This document shows, piece by piece, positions 1 to 9,857 of a stretch of DNA of 36,245 bases. The stretch covers positions 1 to 36,245 of the forward strand of contig JBFIID010000001.1 in the NCBI GenBank assembly GCA_041601415.1, written 5' to 3'. Source of the DNA: Gammaproteobacteria bacterium. Lineage in GTDB: Bacteria; Pseudomonadota; Gammaproteobacteria; JBFIID01. Position numbers and translations under genes: made by a program. The notes below the pieces were generated by a model. It did no database searches. It was not told the DNA's origin and saw only the letters and a program-made list of their open reading frames with translations. Position 1 is the stretch's first letter. Each line of letters begins with the position of its first letter.

Positions 1-2157
1 AAACAGCAGGATGCCAAAACCGAGGGCAAGGGCAAAACTTGAGACTATTAGCGGCGTCGCTTCTTCACGAACCGCTGTGTTTACCGCGCCAACATAATCT
101 GACGTGCGCCGACACAATTCATTATAACGTGCCAGCAGGTGGATAGTACCATCAATGGCAATACCAATCGCGATGACCGCAACCATCGCCGTGCCCGGAT
201 TCAATGGAATATCGAGATAGCCCATGATGCCGAACATCATGGCAATCGGGATTATCGCCGGTATCAGGGCGATAGCACCACCTTTAAGGGAGGTGAACAT
301 CACCGACATTATGATAAAGATCAGACCCAGTAACAGCAGCAAGGCCTTGATCTGCGCCACCATCAGATTCTCGGCGGCCTGGTTGACCATCAGGTTTTCA
401 CCGACGATATCGACCTTCATGTCGGCACCCGCAATCTGTTCTACTACCTCACGTAACTCGCCGATATAGCGATTCAATGTGTGTGAGTCATTGATATTAT
501 GGCGCACCACAATGTTCGCCCGGCTGTAATCATGGCTTACATAATTATCCAGATCGCTGCGGTGAAAAAACATCAGATACTGCGCGATGAGCTGTCGAGA
601 CTCCGGCACTGAACGTTCCGCGAAACCACCATGAAACTCCCGGTTTACGAAAGCCAGATGATCCGCCAGTGAGATACTGTTATCAAACACCTCCTGGCGC
701 TTTAGAAATGCCTGTGTATCAGCCAGTTTGAGTACATTCTGTGGCTCCATAAAGGCCTTTTCCTGACGTGACTCAAAGGTGATAAAGAATAGTTTTATGC
801 CGGCAAGATCCTCATGAATTAACTGCGTATCCTGAATCAGCGGACGGTCACTGGGGAAATAGGAAAGCGGATCATTTGTGACATACAGTTTGGATGCCTG
901 GAACAGAAAAAAGGCACACATCACCGCCGTCAAAATCAGCGTTGGGGTAGGAAAACGTTCCTGCGAAAACCGAAACACACGCATGATCCGGTCGGGTAGA
1001 TGATTACTGTCACCATCGGCGACAATACTCGAGTTAGTCTGTGGTCCAAAGAAAGACAGTATCATCGGCAACACCAGAATCGTAATAACACCATTGGCCA
1101 GCATGGCGAAGGTCGCTGCAAAGGCAAAATGCTGAATTAGCCCAATGTTGCTAAACATATTACTGGCGAAACCAAGCGTGGTGGTGAGCACCGTCAGAAT
1201 CAATGGCAAACCAATGTGTTTCGCCATGTAAAGAATCGCCTGGCGGCGTGGCTCTTCACCTTCGGCTTCTTCAAGCCCCCGATAGAATGCCGCCATCATA
1301 TGCGTATCTTCGGTTGAACCGATGACGATGATCAGCGAAGGCAGCATGGCACTCAGTATGTTTAGCGGAATACCCAGCCAGCCGAGAAAACCAAAGGTCC
1401 AGATAATAGATAGAACGGAGGTCACCAGAGGTATCATGGCCGACAGCCAACTGCGCATCAGAACCACAATGGAGAGCACCAGGATCAGGGCCGATAACGG
1501 GCCCAGCAGGCGGAAGTCTTCGTACAGGCTCTGCGACAATTCTGCGTTGATACGCGGCGGACCAACCTGCGCAAGATGATCAAAGTCCTTGCGCAATGGT
1601 ATTAGCACATCCTCCAGCGCCTGATAAAAGTTCAGACTAAAATCTCTTTCGTCGTTTTGATCCTGCGCCGAAATAATCATTGCAGTGACATCACCCTCGG
1701 CGGAAAAGAAATTCCCCAGATATAGTGGATTGGCCAATGCATGTTCTCGCGCTACCCAAACCTCATCTTCCGTTTCCGGTGCCTGTCGTAATAATGGACG
1801 AGACGATATTTTCCCATCGACACCCTGAATTGTGTTGAGGGTGTAGAGACTATCCACGCGCGTGACATAAGGAATTTTTTCGATATCACGATGTAACTTC
1901 TGTAGCTTCTCAAGCTTATCCACTGACCAGAGTTCATCATCACGGATATAGATGATTGTTTTATTATCCGTGCCGAATTCACCCATTACCCGCTGATACA
2001 CTAACCGCGCCGGATCATCTGCGGGGATCAAACTGTCGACGCCGGTATCTATGGTCAGCTTCTGCAGGCCCATAGCCGCCAGCATCGTCATACACAGCAG
2101 AAATAACGCCACCAGCAACCTGTTGTTGAGTCCCAGTTTGTAGATACTCAGGATCAT
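1..2157 (-). CDS. RND-superfamily (MMPL/HpnN-like) inner-membrane exporter; partial, 3' end runs off the window (719 codons visible)
   Basis: Absent from the supplied ORF track because it has no stop inside the window. I read the minus-strand frame codon by codon from 2157 to 1 and found no stop. The ATG at 2157-2155 overlaps the stop of the upstream gene (ATGA, 2154-2157). The product starts MILSIYKLGLNNRLLVALFLLCMTMLAAMGLQKLTIDTGVDSLIPADDP. It has two hydrophobic helix bundles (e.g. LSALILVLSIVVLMRSWLSAMIPLVTSVLSIIWTFGFLGWLGIPLN and LLLLLGLIFIIMSVMFTSLKGGAIALIPAIIPIAMMFGIMGYLDIPLN), each preceded by a soluble loop. This is the duplicated MMPL/RND topology. Confidence 0.75.
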   Translation of the reverse strand, partial: MILSIYKLGLNNRLLVALFLLCMTMLAAMGLQKLTIDTGVDSLIPADDPARLVYQRVMGEFGTDNKTIIYIRDDELWSVDKLEKLQKLHRDIEKIPYVTRVDSLYTLNTIQGVDGKISSRPLLRQAPETEDEVWVAREHALANPLYLGNFFSAEGDVTAMIISAQDQNDERDFSLNFYQALEDVLIPLRKDFDHLAQVGPPRINAELSQSLYEDFRLLGPLSALILVLSIVVLMRSWLSAMIPLVTSVLSIIWTFGFLGWLGIPLNILSAMLPSLIIVIGSTEDTHMMAAFYRGLEEAEGEEPRRQAILYMAKHIGLPLILTVLTTTLGFASNMFSNIGLIQHFAFAATFAMLANGVITILVLPMILSFFGPQTNSSIVADGDSNHLPDRIMRVFRFSQERFPTPTLILTAVMCAFFLFQASKLYVTNDPLSYFPSDRPLIQDTQLIHEDLAGIKLFFITFESRQEKAFMEPQNVLKLADTQAFLKRQEVFDNSISLADHLAFVNREFHGGFAERSVPESRQLIAQYLMFFHRSDLDNYVSHDYSRANIVVRHNINDSHTLNRYIGELREVVEQIAGADMKVDIVGENLMVNQAAENLMVAQIKALLLLLGLIFIIMSVMFTSLKGGAIALIPAIIPIAMMFGIMGYLDIPLNPGTAMVAVIAIGIAIDGTIHLLARYNELCRRTSDYVGAVNTAVREEATPLIVSSFALALGFGILLF

Positions 2158-3065
2158 GAGCCGGACTCTCCGACCTGATTGTTCTGCATTGCGGGTGTCT
2201 CCTCTGTCTCGCCGGGCAGTTGTTCCTCAGTCGGCATCTCTACCGGACGATGGGGATAATTTTTATATAACCACTCTGCGCTAAACATCTCGGCGGGCAC
2301 ATAATCCTGCGAAAAAACCCGACGTTCCACCTTGATCAATGACCTGTGCTGTTCCAGTTTATCGTCCATCAAAATCATATTGGCACGCCACATTTCGCCG
2401 TGAACGGCCTTTAGATCATGATGACTTAATTGTCTATTCACTTTCCCTTTCCTGTCGTAGTGATCCGTCATGGTGATATAGAAAATATCCTTGCGCACAT
2501 AGTGCCTGCGTTTTTTCAGATGACTGCTTTTTCCACCCGGACTGTCATACACATCGATCACAAAATAAGGTAGACCGGTAATATTCATGTCCTGGCGTCG
2601 CACATACCGATAGTCCTGTAATACTTCCCCACTGAGATCCTCAACCGAAAAATCCGTGCCAAGGAAATGTCCGTCTCTGCTGTCACTACGTGACTCAACC
2701 AGTTGCTCTGCAAAGGCCGGCAAATATAAAAAACGCCGTGTTATGCCCTGTGCATCCCGATGCGCCAGCAGGCTTACACCACGCACCTCTTCGGGATACT
2801 CAAAAATCAGCATGAAATGCGTACTGCCATCTTCTTCAACCCGGGAATAACGACGCGCACGACGCGTATCCCGATTTCCCTGTCTGTCGATTAAGACCAT
2901 CGACTGCTGTTCAAAAATGTACGGAAACTGCTGATGACGGTGGTAGACCTCGCGCATGATCTCCTCACCACTCATTACATCGCTTTCCTGCGCCACTGAC
3001 GCACTCTGCGATGTGCTCAGGAACACCATCAGGAATGCTCTGAAAAAATGTGCGAATATTTTCAT
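2154..3065 (-). CDS. LolA-like outer-membrane lipoprotein-sorting family protein (periplasmic partner of the RND exporter)
   Basis: 303-aa ORF with an N-terminal signal peptide (MKIFAHFFRAFLMVFLSTSQSASVAQ). The core resembles the LolA_like family usually found next to MMPL-type exporters (FLYLPAF...HFLGTDFSVEDL...YFVIDVY). Its stop overlaps the exporter start by 4 nt. Confidence 0.65.
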   Translation of the reverse strand: MKIFAHFFRAFLMVFLSTSQSASVAQESDVMSGEEIMREVYHRHQQFPYIFEQQSMVLIDRQGNRDTRRARRYSRVEEDGSTHFMLIFEYPEEVRGVSLLAHRDAQGITRRFLYLPAFAEQLVESRSDSRDGHFLGTDFSVEDLSGEVLQDYRYVRRQDMNITGLPYFVIDVYDSPGGKSSHLKKRRHYVRKDIFYITMTDHYDRKGKVNRQLSHHDLKAVHGEMWRANMILMDDKLEQHRSLIKVERRVFSQDYVPAEMFSAEWLYKNYPHRPVEMPTEEQLPGETEETPAMQNNQVGESGS

Positions 3066-3083
3066 CGAGCAGTCACAGATTTA

Positions 3084-3713
3084 TCAGGAACCTGTTTTCC
3101 GCTCTTGATACGTCACGATGCTGAGCCCAATCTGATGACATAATCGACCATACAGCTGACGCATTTCGCTGACCATTGCGGGGTAATCCTGTGCTGCAAT
3201 GTAGGCCGTGCCTTGCAGATCCAGACTTTGCACAGCTTCTGCAGCGGAACCGTCCAGTGAGGATAATTGCCAGCGAGCCGCCAAGCGCACACTGCCATCT
3301 CTAGCCTGTTCAAAGGCTTCGATATGAACCTGTAGACGAAGATCCGGGCTTGAGGACGTGCGATTCAGTGGCGTCGCAATATCCGCAGTGGACAGCAACT
3401 CCGACAGGTTTCTTGCCAGGGTACGTAGCAGGTTCTTGCGCAGGTTTTCTCCCCACTGATGATATTCGGAAAATACCAGCTGGTTTTCACCCTCTCGACT
3501 GGCAATGTGAAAGCGCTCAAGATACTGCGGAATCTGCAGGTCGATGATCTCTATACGCAAGGTCTGATCAGACGTCCATAGTTGCTCAGCCGGCACCGGA
3601 TCAAGCAGGTAGTATTTGATTGCAGGATTCCCTCCACCACCGAGACAGGCACTCAGGCCTGCTGCCATCAGTAGCACTACAATCATCCGACACGGTTTTG
3701 TTCTTTTCATCAT
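3084..3713 (-). CDS. pqiC: PqiC-type lipoprotein (ABC-type transport auxiliary component, DUF330-like)
   Basis: The ORF lies directly downstream of pqiB. It has a lipobox (LMAAGLSAC) after a basic N-terminus MMKRTKPCRM. I prefer the ATG at 3713 (GAGAG 5 nt upstream) over the track start at 3746, which would overlap pqiB by 26 nt. Confidence 0.7.
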   Translation of the reverse strand: MMKRTKPCRMIVVLLMAAGLSACLGGGGNPAIKYYLLDPVPAEQLWTSDQTLRIEIIDLQIPQYLERFHIASREGENQLVFSEYHQWGENLRKNLLRTLARNLSELLSTADIATPLNRTSSSPDLRLQVHIEAFEQARDGSVRLAARWQLSSLDGSAAEAVQSLDLQGTAYIAAQDYPAMVSEMRQLYGRLCHQIGLSIVTYQERKTGS

Positions 3714-3720
3714 GTCACTC

Positions 3721-5388
3721 TCACTTTGCCGGTTTATCCCTGCCAAAAATCAAGGCCTGCGGATCCCTTTCCAGGGTCTCGATCAGAGACCGGATGGCGC
3801 GCGCGGTCTCCTCCAGTTCACTGGTCATTTTGATCGCGTTGTACTGCATGGGTGCATTCGGCTTTAACAGGTGGTTTGTGGTGCTCAGGGTGGCATTCAG
3901 GCTGTCCAGAGCCAGTCTGGCGGAGCCGATGACATCCTCAACCTTCGCACCATCAATGTCCTGCATGATGTTACGGAATGATCCCAGCGCCGCCCGCAAA
4001 TCTTCAATCGTGCCGCCGATGGCTGGGTCATTGATCAATTCGTTGGCGCTGTTGATGGTCTGGCCGGCACCTTTCAGGGTATCGATCAAGACAGCAGCGA
4101 TTTCTTCAATATTCAGGGCATTGAGTTTCTGTAGAAGGCCTTCCATTGAGGCCGTGATAGCATCCAGATTAGCCGCCTTGAGGGTCGGTAGCTCGGTGTA
4201 TGGCATATCAGCATCACCACTTAGCAGTACCGGTGTGCCGGGATGCATGTCGAGTTCTACATATAGCTGACTGGTTAGCAGACTACCGGTCTGCAATCGT
4301 GCGCGCAGACCCTGTTCCACAAGTTTGTTCACTGTGTCATAGGGTTCAACATCTGTCCCATTCTTTTCAAGAATGCGTTCAGGTTCGATTTCGATCACCA
4401 CGGGGATCCTGAAACCGGTGGTATCACTGTCGAATTCAAGTTTGATATCCAGCACGGATCCCACCTTGATGCCCTTGAATTCCACCGGCGCATCAATGCT
4501 CAGACCCCGTACTGAACCCTCAAAAAACATCACGAACCTGAGTTTTCTGGTGTAGGTCTGTTCCTGAATAATGTCGTAACTGTCATGCAGGGTGAAAACC
4601 AGATCATTGATATCGGTGACAGTCGATTCTGTCGCCAGCGGGGTTTCAAACGCGATGCCGCCAAACATCAGGCTTTCCAGTGATTCACTCCTGACCCTGA
4701 AACCATCGGCGCCGACTGACACATCAATACCGCTGACATTCCAGAACAGGGTATTTCCCCGGATTAATTGATCGAATGGATCGCGTACAAAGGCATGAAT
4801 AAATATGCTCTTGCGATCATTACCCAGTTCACGACCCAGTACCTCGCCTGCGAGCAGTCCCTGATAATAAATCGGTGAACCCGTATCGATGGAACCGAGC
4901 TTCTGCGTCACCAGAACCACACGTCTACCGATTTCATCAGCAGTGATAACCGGCCTGGTCTCGAGTCCCGTGAAGTGTGTCTGGTTTGCCCCCGGCCCCG
5001 GCTCAATTTCAATATAGGCACCGGACACGAGGGTGCCCAGGCCGGTGGCACCACGGATACTCAATTGTGGTTTCACCACCCAGAAACGGGTATTTCGGCG
5101 TAAAAAGTTCTCCGTTCCATGATTGAAATCTACCGTCACCACAACATGCGAAAAATCATCGCTGAAGCGCACCGTATCGACCACGCCAATATCGACATTT
5201 TTGTATTTGACCCGGGTCTTGCCGACTTCAATACCTTCGGCGGTCTTGAAACTGATCGTTGCCTGCGGCCCCTGCTCTGAAACGGTCTTGACCACCAGCC
5301 AGGCACCCACCAGCAGGGTAATCAGGGGAATAAGCCAGACCAGCGATGGGCCGGACTGTTTGTGTACTTCAGGGTTTGATACTTCCAT
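3721..5388 (-). CDS. pqiB: Intermembrane transport protein PqiB (three MCE domains)
   Basis: 555 aa with an N-terminal membrane anchor (SLVWLIPLITLLVGAWLVV). It carries repeated MCE-like segments (GIEVGKTRVKYKNVDIGVV, GSPIYYQGLLAGEV, GIKVGSV) and a C-terminal helical region. Size and context (between pqiA and pqiC) fit PqiB rather than the 7-MCE LetB. Confidence 0.85.
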   Translation of the reverse strand: MEVSNPEVHKQSGPSLVWLIPLITLLVGAWLVVKTVSEQGPQATISFKTAEGIEVGKTRVKYKNVDIGVVDTVRFSDDFSHVVVTVDFNHGTENFLRRNTRFWVVKPQLSIRGATGLGTLVSGAYIEIEPGPGANQTHFTGLETRPVITADEIGRRVVLVTQKLGSIDTGSPIYYQGLLAGEVLGRELGNDRKSIFIHAFVRDPFDQLIRGNTLFWNVSGIDVSVGADGFRVRSESLESLMFGGIAFETPLATESTVTDINDLVFTLHDSYDIIQEQTYTRKLRFVMFFEGSVRGLSIDAPVEFKGIKVGSVLDIKLEFDSDTTGFRIPVVIEIEPERILEKNGTDVEPYDTVNKLVEQGLRARLQTGSLLTSQLYVELDMHPGTPVLLSGDADMPYTELPTLKAANLDAITASMEGLLQKLNALNIEEIAAVLIDTLKGAGQTINSANELINDPAIGGTIEDLRAALGSFRNIMQDIDGAKVEDVIGSARLALDSLNATLSTTNHLLKPNAPMQYNAIKMTSELEETARAIRSLIETLERDPQALIFGRDKPAK

Positions 5389-6641
5389 TATCTACTGTTG
5401 TTATTCCTGTCGCCGTTATTATCCCAGATCAAACGTGGGTCGAAACTGTGTGCTGCAAACATGGTTAGCACCACGACCGCAGCAAAAAAACTGGCACCGA
5501 TACCGGGCCGTATAGTTGATAGTGCATCGAGGCTCACCAGTGCCGACAGGAGGCCGACGAGAAATATATCCACCATCGACCAGGCACCAACCACCTCGGT
5601 CACCCTGTATAGCTGGGTTCTGTCGCGTGCGCGCCAGGTGGACTTCTTCTGCACACTGATGAGCAAGAAGCACAGTACGATGAGTTTCACACCCGGTACG
5701 ACGATACTGGCAAAGAACACGATCAGCGCTAAGCCCCACATGCCGCCTTCTATGAGGTGCAATACCCCGCCCAGAATCGTGCTTGGTTCCCCCTGACCGA
5801 AGCGTATCACAGTCATCACCGGGTATAGATTTGCAGGAATAAACAGGACTGCGGCAGAAAACAGCAATGCCCAGGTCTTCTGTAGACTATGAGGAATTCT
5901 ATAGTGCAGGGTCGAGTGACAACGGCCACAGCGCTCAACCCCCGGCTCGGCAGGCATCAACCAGCCACAGCTATGGCAGTTCAGATGTTCCTCTGTGTGG
6001 CCCTCTTCGGTTAGCACCAGACCAGTGCCCCTGACGTTCACCGTACGCCACAGTTCTCCGGGTTCAAAACTGGCCCGGGCCGCCGAATAGATCATCAGCA
6101 AGGCTGCCAGCGCATAGATAGACACACCGGGGATTACCTCGGCCAGATCCTGTAATTTTACGATGGCAATAAGTACCCCGAGCAGAAACACCCCAACCAG
6201 ACTCCACGGGGTAATCACAGACACCACGCGATACACCGCGCCAATCCCTGCTGCGGTATAGCCCAGCACCGCCGGAACGAGCAGATATAACATGCCGAGA
6301 ATGGCGACCAGGGGGAAGACCACGCTGGTCATGAACACCAGCAGACCGAGATCCGGCATGCCTAGCTGATACAGAGCCCATCCACCTGAAAACAATGACG
6401 TTTCGACCACTCTCCCGCCCAATTGCAGGGATAAAAAGGGAAAGGAATTGGCCAGTACAAACAATACAAAAGTGGCCACATACAGGGCCAGACTGCGTTG
6501 TAGAGAATGGGGGATGTGGCGATACAGCTGGTTACCGCATTGCTGGCAACTGGCTCTGGCTCCGGGCGGGATTGGGGCGAGGTGATAAAGCGCATCACAT
6601 TCGTGACAGGCAATTAGCTCGCTGGCAGGATGATTGGACAT
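5388..6641 (-). CDS. pqiA: Paraquat-inducible protein A family integral membrane protein (two PqiA repeats)
   Basis: It has two tandem halves. Each opens with a Cys4 motif (CHECDALY...CQQCGNQL and CHSCGWLM...CGRCHSTL) followed by four hydrophobic helices. The stop overlaps the pqiB start by 1 nt (TAATG). I prefer the ATG at 6641 (MSNHPASELIACHEC, AGGGA 9 nt upstream) over the track start at 6692. Confidence 0.85.
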   Translation of the reverse strand: MSNHPASELIACHECDALYHLAPIPPGARASCQQCGNQLYRHIPHSLQRSLALYVATFVLFVLANSFPFLSLQLGGRVVETSLFSGGWALYQLGMPDLGLLVFMTSVVFPLVAILGMLYLLVPAVLGYTAAGIGAVYRVVSVITPWSLVGVFLLGVLIAIVKLQDLAEVIPGVSIYALAALLMIYSAARASFEPGELWRTVNVRGTGLVLTEEGHTEEHLNCHSCGWLMPAEPGVERCGRCHSTLHYRIPHSLQKTWALLFSAAVLFIPANLYPVMTVIRFGQGEPSTILGGVLHLIEGGMWGLALIVFFASIVVPGVKLIVLCFLLISVQKKSTWRARDRTQLYRVTEVVGAWSMVDIFLVGLLSALVSLDALSTIRPGIGASFFAAVVVLTMFAAHSFDPRLIWDNNGDRNNNSR

Positions 6642-6899
6642 GCAGCAATCCCTAGTAGGCTTTTCGCGGTTGATCACCGCTGACAATCTCAAACAGGCTC
6701 TTGTTAAAGCAGAACGTGATGAAGTAATTAGAGAATATCACATCATTGGATACGGGCTACATCTGTCTCGCCGGGCAGATCCGGATAGAAATTATTGACC
6801 TATGTTAGGTATTTTCTGGCAAACCCGAGCAATTTGGTACGGGAATGAGTGATCTGGTTCACAACAGTGTTAACCCATTAGAAATCATACATATATAGC

Positions 6900-6929
6900 T
6901 TGACACAAACACCTCTCACGGCGTATGTT
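6900..6929 (+). promoter_or_regulatory. Candidate sigma-70 promoter for the 6978 gene
   Basis: TTGACA at 6900-6905, an 18-nt spacer, then TATGTT at 6924-6929, about 50 nt upstream of the ATG. A perfect palindrome TGTTGC-GGT-GCAACA (6926-6940) overlaps the -10 element. Confidence 0.4.
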
Positions 6930-6977
6930 GCGGTGCAACAAATAATGCCCTGAGTGGGTTAAATACAGGTAAAGACT

Positions 6978-7334
6978 ATGAACGCTCAAATGATCACACT
7001 GTCACGCGACAGATGGAATGAACTGAGCACGGAAATTATGGAGTGTGCACTCCATGCCACCAATATTGCACTCACTGGCCTGCGCGGTATGTCTCTACGC
7101 AGCTTTCGTGTCATGAAGCTTGCTGAAAACAATCATCTGGCCAGGCTTGAACTGCTGAAAGCAGAGCCGGATCTGAAATCTGTGGTGGATCAGGAGTCAG
7201 ATATATTGCAGCGTACCCAGGATGAAATTCTGGAAGACGCACGCAACCTGATTCAGATCTCAATGTTCAATCAGGATGAAATGCGCTACTGGTTTGAAAG
7301 AATAACGGGGATCTGGCTAAAAACTGGAAAATAG
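6978..7334 (+). CDS. Hypothetical helical protein (118 aa)
   Basis: Clean ORF preceded by a promoter-like element and followed by a strong hairpin. I recognise no motif. A phasin-like fold is only a vague impression and is not claimed. Confidence 0.55.
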   Translation: MNAQMITLSRDRWNELSTEIMECALHATNIALTGLRGMSLRSFRVMKLAENNHLARLELLKAEPDLKSVVDQESDILQRTQDEILEDARNLIQISMFNQDEMRYWFERITGIWLKTGK

Positions 7335-7413
7335 ACCTGCCAAATACGGCACACGACCCGTTCGTGATGGCCTGTGGCAGTAGACTGAAACGCCGATCTG
7401 CGTGAAACTGGGG

Positions 7414-7450
7414 CAGTGGACAGGTGCTTTTACCTGTCCACTGTTTAATC
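7414..7450 (+). terminator. Hairpin terminator after the 6978-7334 gene
   Basis: Perfect 12-bp stem CAGTGGACAGGT / ACCTGTCCACTG (7414-7425 and 7432-7443) with a 6-nt loop, followed by TTTAATCT. The T-tract is short. Confidence 0.55.
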
Positions 7451-7478
7451 TAACCGCCAGGGAGGGTAATCAGTTCCG

Positions 7479-8051
7479 ATGCGCTGCTTCACAATTCTTC
7501 CCCTCCTGATCCTGCTGATGTCAACTACCCCGGTTGCTCATGCAGATGAGACTGACGACCTTGCCCTTGAGGCTCGACAGATCATCAAGGAATTCCGCAC
7601 ACGTCTGAAATTCACCATTAACGTAGGCATGCAGGATGCGGGTATTCCTGGCACGATTGACGGCTGTGCCTACCTGGCACCCGAAATAGCCCAGGAAATC
7701 TCCTTACACGAGGGCTGGCTCGTCGGCCGTACCAGCCTCAATACCCGAAACAGGGCCAATAAGCCCGATCCCTGGGAATCCCGGACTCTCATGTCCTTCG
7801 AGCAGCAGCACGCCGATGGCATCGATCTGGAAAGCCTGGAGGCGCAAACCGTTGAACAGGATCAGCAGGGGCGTCGATTCCGCTTCATGATGGCGATTCC
7901 GGCCGATAATGAATGTCTGAGTTGTCACGGCACAGAAATTTCTGATGTCGCAGCGAGAAAACTGGGTACACATTACAAACAGGATCAGACACGTGGCGAT
8001 GAGCCGGGCGGCATTCGTGGCGCCTTTACTCTGACCAAGGATCTGGATTAA
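7479..8051 (+). CDS. DUF3365 (Tll0287-like) c-type haem family periplasmic protein
   Basis: Signal peptide MRCFTILPLLILLMSTTPVAHA, a single CXXCH motif (CLSCHG) near the C-terminus, and GGGAGGG upstream of the ATG. Confidence 0.6.
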   Translation: MRCFTILPLLILLMSTTPVAHADETDDLALEARQIIKEFRTRLKFTINVGMQDAGIPGTIDGCAYLAPEIAQEISLHEGWLVGRTSLNTRNRANKPDPWESRTLMSFEQQHADGIDLESLEAQTVEQDQQGRRFRFMMAIPADNECLSCHGTEISDVAARKLGTHYKQDQTRGDEPGGIRGAFTLTKDLD

Positions 8052-8107
8052 TCTCGTCCCTCGCTCATCGCGTCATTACACATAGTCACCAGGGGTCGTT
8101 AGAAATC

Positions 8108-8875
8108 ATGCATAGAGTCGTTTTTAATCAGAAAGGAGGTGTTGGTAAATCAACCATCGCCTGTAATCTGGCCGCTATCAGCGCGGCAAATGGATACCGG
8201 ACATTACTGGTAGATCTGGATACCCAGGGTAACTCGACACAGTACCTGTTAGGCAAGCAAGCAACCGAACTCGACAGTCATATCGGCCACTTTTTTGAAC
8301 AGACCCTGAGTTTCAGTCTGCATCCCAAAGGCCCCGAAGAATTTATTCACAGTACCGCATTTGAAAATCTCTACGTGATGCCGGCCTCACCGGATCTGGA
8401 TGTCCTGCAAAGCAAGCTTGAGTCACGCCACAAAATCTATAAATTACGAGATGCGCTGGATGCGCTGGAAGATTACGATTATGTGTATATCGACACCCCG
8501 CCAGCACTGAATTTCTTTACCCGTGCCGCGCTGATCTCTGCACACCGCTGTCTGATCCCCTTTGACTGCGACGACTTTTCACGCAAGGCACTGTATTCAC
8601 TGCTGGATTCCGTGCAGGAGATCAAAATGGATCACAATGAGGCGCTGGAGATCGAAGGCATCATCGTCAATCAATTTCAACCCAGAGCCAATCTGCCAAC
8701 TAAACTGGTCAATGAACTGATCAGCGAAGGCCTGCCAGTGCTGACCTCGCGCATCTCCAGTTCAGTGAAAATAAGAGAATCACATAACCAGTCAAAACCA
8801 CTGATTCACATGGCGCCAAAACATAAACTCAGCGAAGAATTCATTCGACTCAGCGAAGAGATTAATAATCTATAG
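8108..8875 (+). CDS. ParA/Soj-family P-loop ATPase (orphan; no parB nearby)
   Basis: Deviant Walker A KGGVGKST at the N-terminus (VFNQKGGVGKSTIACNLA), followed by LLVDLDTQGNST and a YIDTPPAL Walker B-like segment. Confidence 0.85.
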   Translation: MHRVVFNQKGGVGKSTIACNLAAISAANGYRTLLVDLDTQGNSTQYLLGKQATELDSHIGHFFEQTLSFSLHPKGPEEFIHSTAFENLYVMPASPDLDVLQSKLESRHKIYKLRDALDALEDYDYVYIDTPPALNFFTRAALISAHRCLIPFDCDDFSRKALYSLLDSVQEIKMDHNEALEIEGIIVNQFQPRANLPTKLVNELISEGLPVLTSRISSSVKIRESHNQSKPLIHMAPKHKLSEEFIRLSEEINNL

Positions 8876-8965
8876 AATCTGATCTGTCAGTTGATGTCTC
8901 TGCCAGGCAACCGGGGTATGCACAGCAAGTGCTGCTGTCAGGCGATCAACCTGCATCAATGTGGT

Positions 8966-9847
8966 TTATTTGCTGAGAATATCTGGCTGATAGAAATTAA
9001 GAATCGTATGCTCGTCTGACATTTCTTCCTCTGTCGTTCTGTCTGGCACCAGCCAGTCCGTGCGCGCGGGCTTATCCGTACCCAGCGAGGAGAAATCGAA
9101 CAACGCCCTGTCGCTGAGCTGTGAGGGTCGCACATTACCCAGACTGGCAAAGATGCTATCCAGACGCCCGGGATGCTGCTGCTCCCACCCCTGTAACATC
9201 GCCTTTATGGCCTGACGTTGCAGGTTTTCCTGCGAGCCACACAAATTACACGGAATGATCGGATAGTCCTGAGTTTGCGCAAAGGCCTCTATGTCTTTTT
9301 CCTTGCAGTATGCCAGCGGCCGGATCACCACATGCCGACCATCATCGCTGAGTAATTTGGGCGGCATGGCTTTTAGAGAACCACCATGAAACATATTCAG
9401 AAACAGGGTCTCAAGCATGTCATCCCGATGATGTCCCAGGGCAATTTTTGTAATCCCGTGTTCCTCGGCGAAACCATACAGGGTGCCACGACGCAGGCGT
9501 GAACACAGTCCGCAGGTGGTCTTTCCTTCAGGAATAACACGCTTCACCACACTGTAGGTGTCTTTCTCGATGATGTGATAAGGCACACCGAGTGATTCCA
9601 AATAAGCCGGCAACACATGTTCCGGAAAACCGGGCTGTTTCTGATCCAGATTGACCGCGATGATCTCGAAATCTACCGGGGCACTGTCCCGCAAACCCCG
9701 CAGGATATCCAGCATAGTGTATGAATCTTTACCACCAGATAGACACACCATGACCCGATCACCATCCTCGATCATGTTGTAGTCCTGAATCGCCTTACCG
9801 ACATTCCGACGCAGGCGTTTGTGCAATTTATTAAGTCGTATGCTCAT
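8966..9847 (-). CDS. ttcA: tRNA 2-thiocytidine(32) synthetase TtcA
   Basis: PP-loop SGGKDS ([13 protein letters not shown]) plus the two TtcA Cys motifs [10 protein letters not shown] and CNLCGS. The length (293 aa) is typical. Confidence 0.9.
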   Translation of the reverse strand: MSIRLNKLHKRLRRNVGKAIQDYNMIEDGDRVMVCLSGGKDSYTMLDILRGLRDSAPVDFEIIAVNLDQKQPGFPEHVLPAYLESLGVPYHIIEKDTYSVVKRVIPEGKTTCGLCSRLRRGTLYGFAEEHGITKIALGHHRDDMLETLFLNMFHGGSLKAMPPKLLSDDGRHVVIRPLAYCKEKDIEAFAQTQDYPIIPCNLCGSQENLQRQAIKAMLQGWEQQHPGRLDSIFASLGNVRPSQLSDRALFDFSSLGTDKPARTDWLVPDRTTEEEMSDEHTILNFYQPDILSK

Positions 9848-9857
9848 GCTTGTCTGG

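Noticed and set aside
3620-4270. A 216-aa plus-strand ORF antisense to pqiC and pqiB.
   Set aside because: The sequence is Ser/Leu/Ala-rich and low in information with no motifs. The opposite strand encodes well-supported PqiB and PqiC.
3714-6692. The longer track starts for pqiC (3746) and pqiA (6692).
   Set aside because: The downstream ATGs (3713 and 6641) have SD-like sequences. They give canonical N-termini: a lipoprotein signal peptide for pqiC, and the Cys4 motif near the start for pqiA. The choice remains uncertain by a few codons.
2203-6778. An exact 17-nt repeat TCTGTCTCGCCGGGCAG at 2203-2219 (inside the LolA-like CDS) and 6762-6778 (intergenic, upstream of pqiA).
   Set aside because: It is a single pair with no flanking similarity and no palindromic structure. 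My rough estimate of chance occurrence in 36 kb is low but not negligible (order 0.05-0.1), and I could not attach a function. It is worth a genome-wide count but not reportable as an element.
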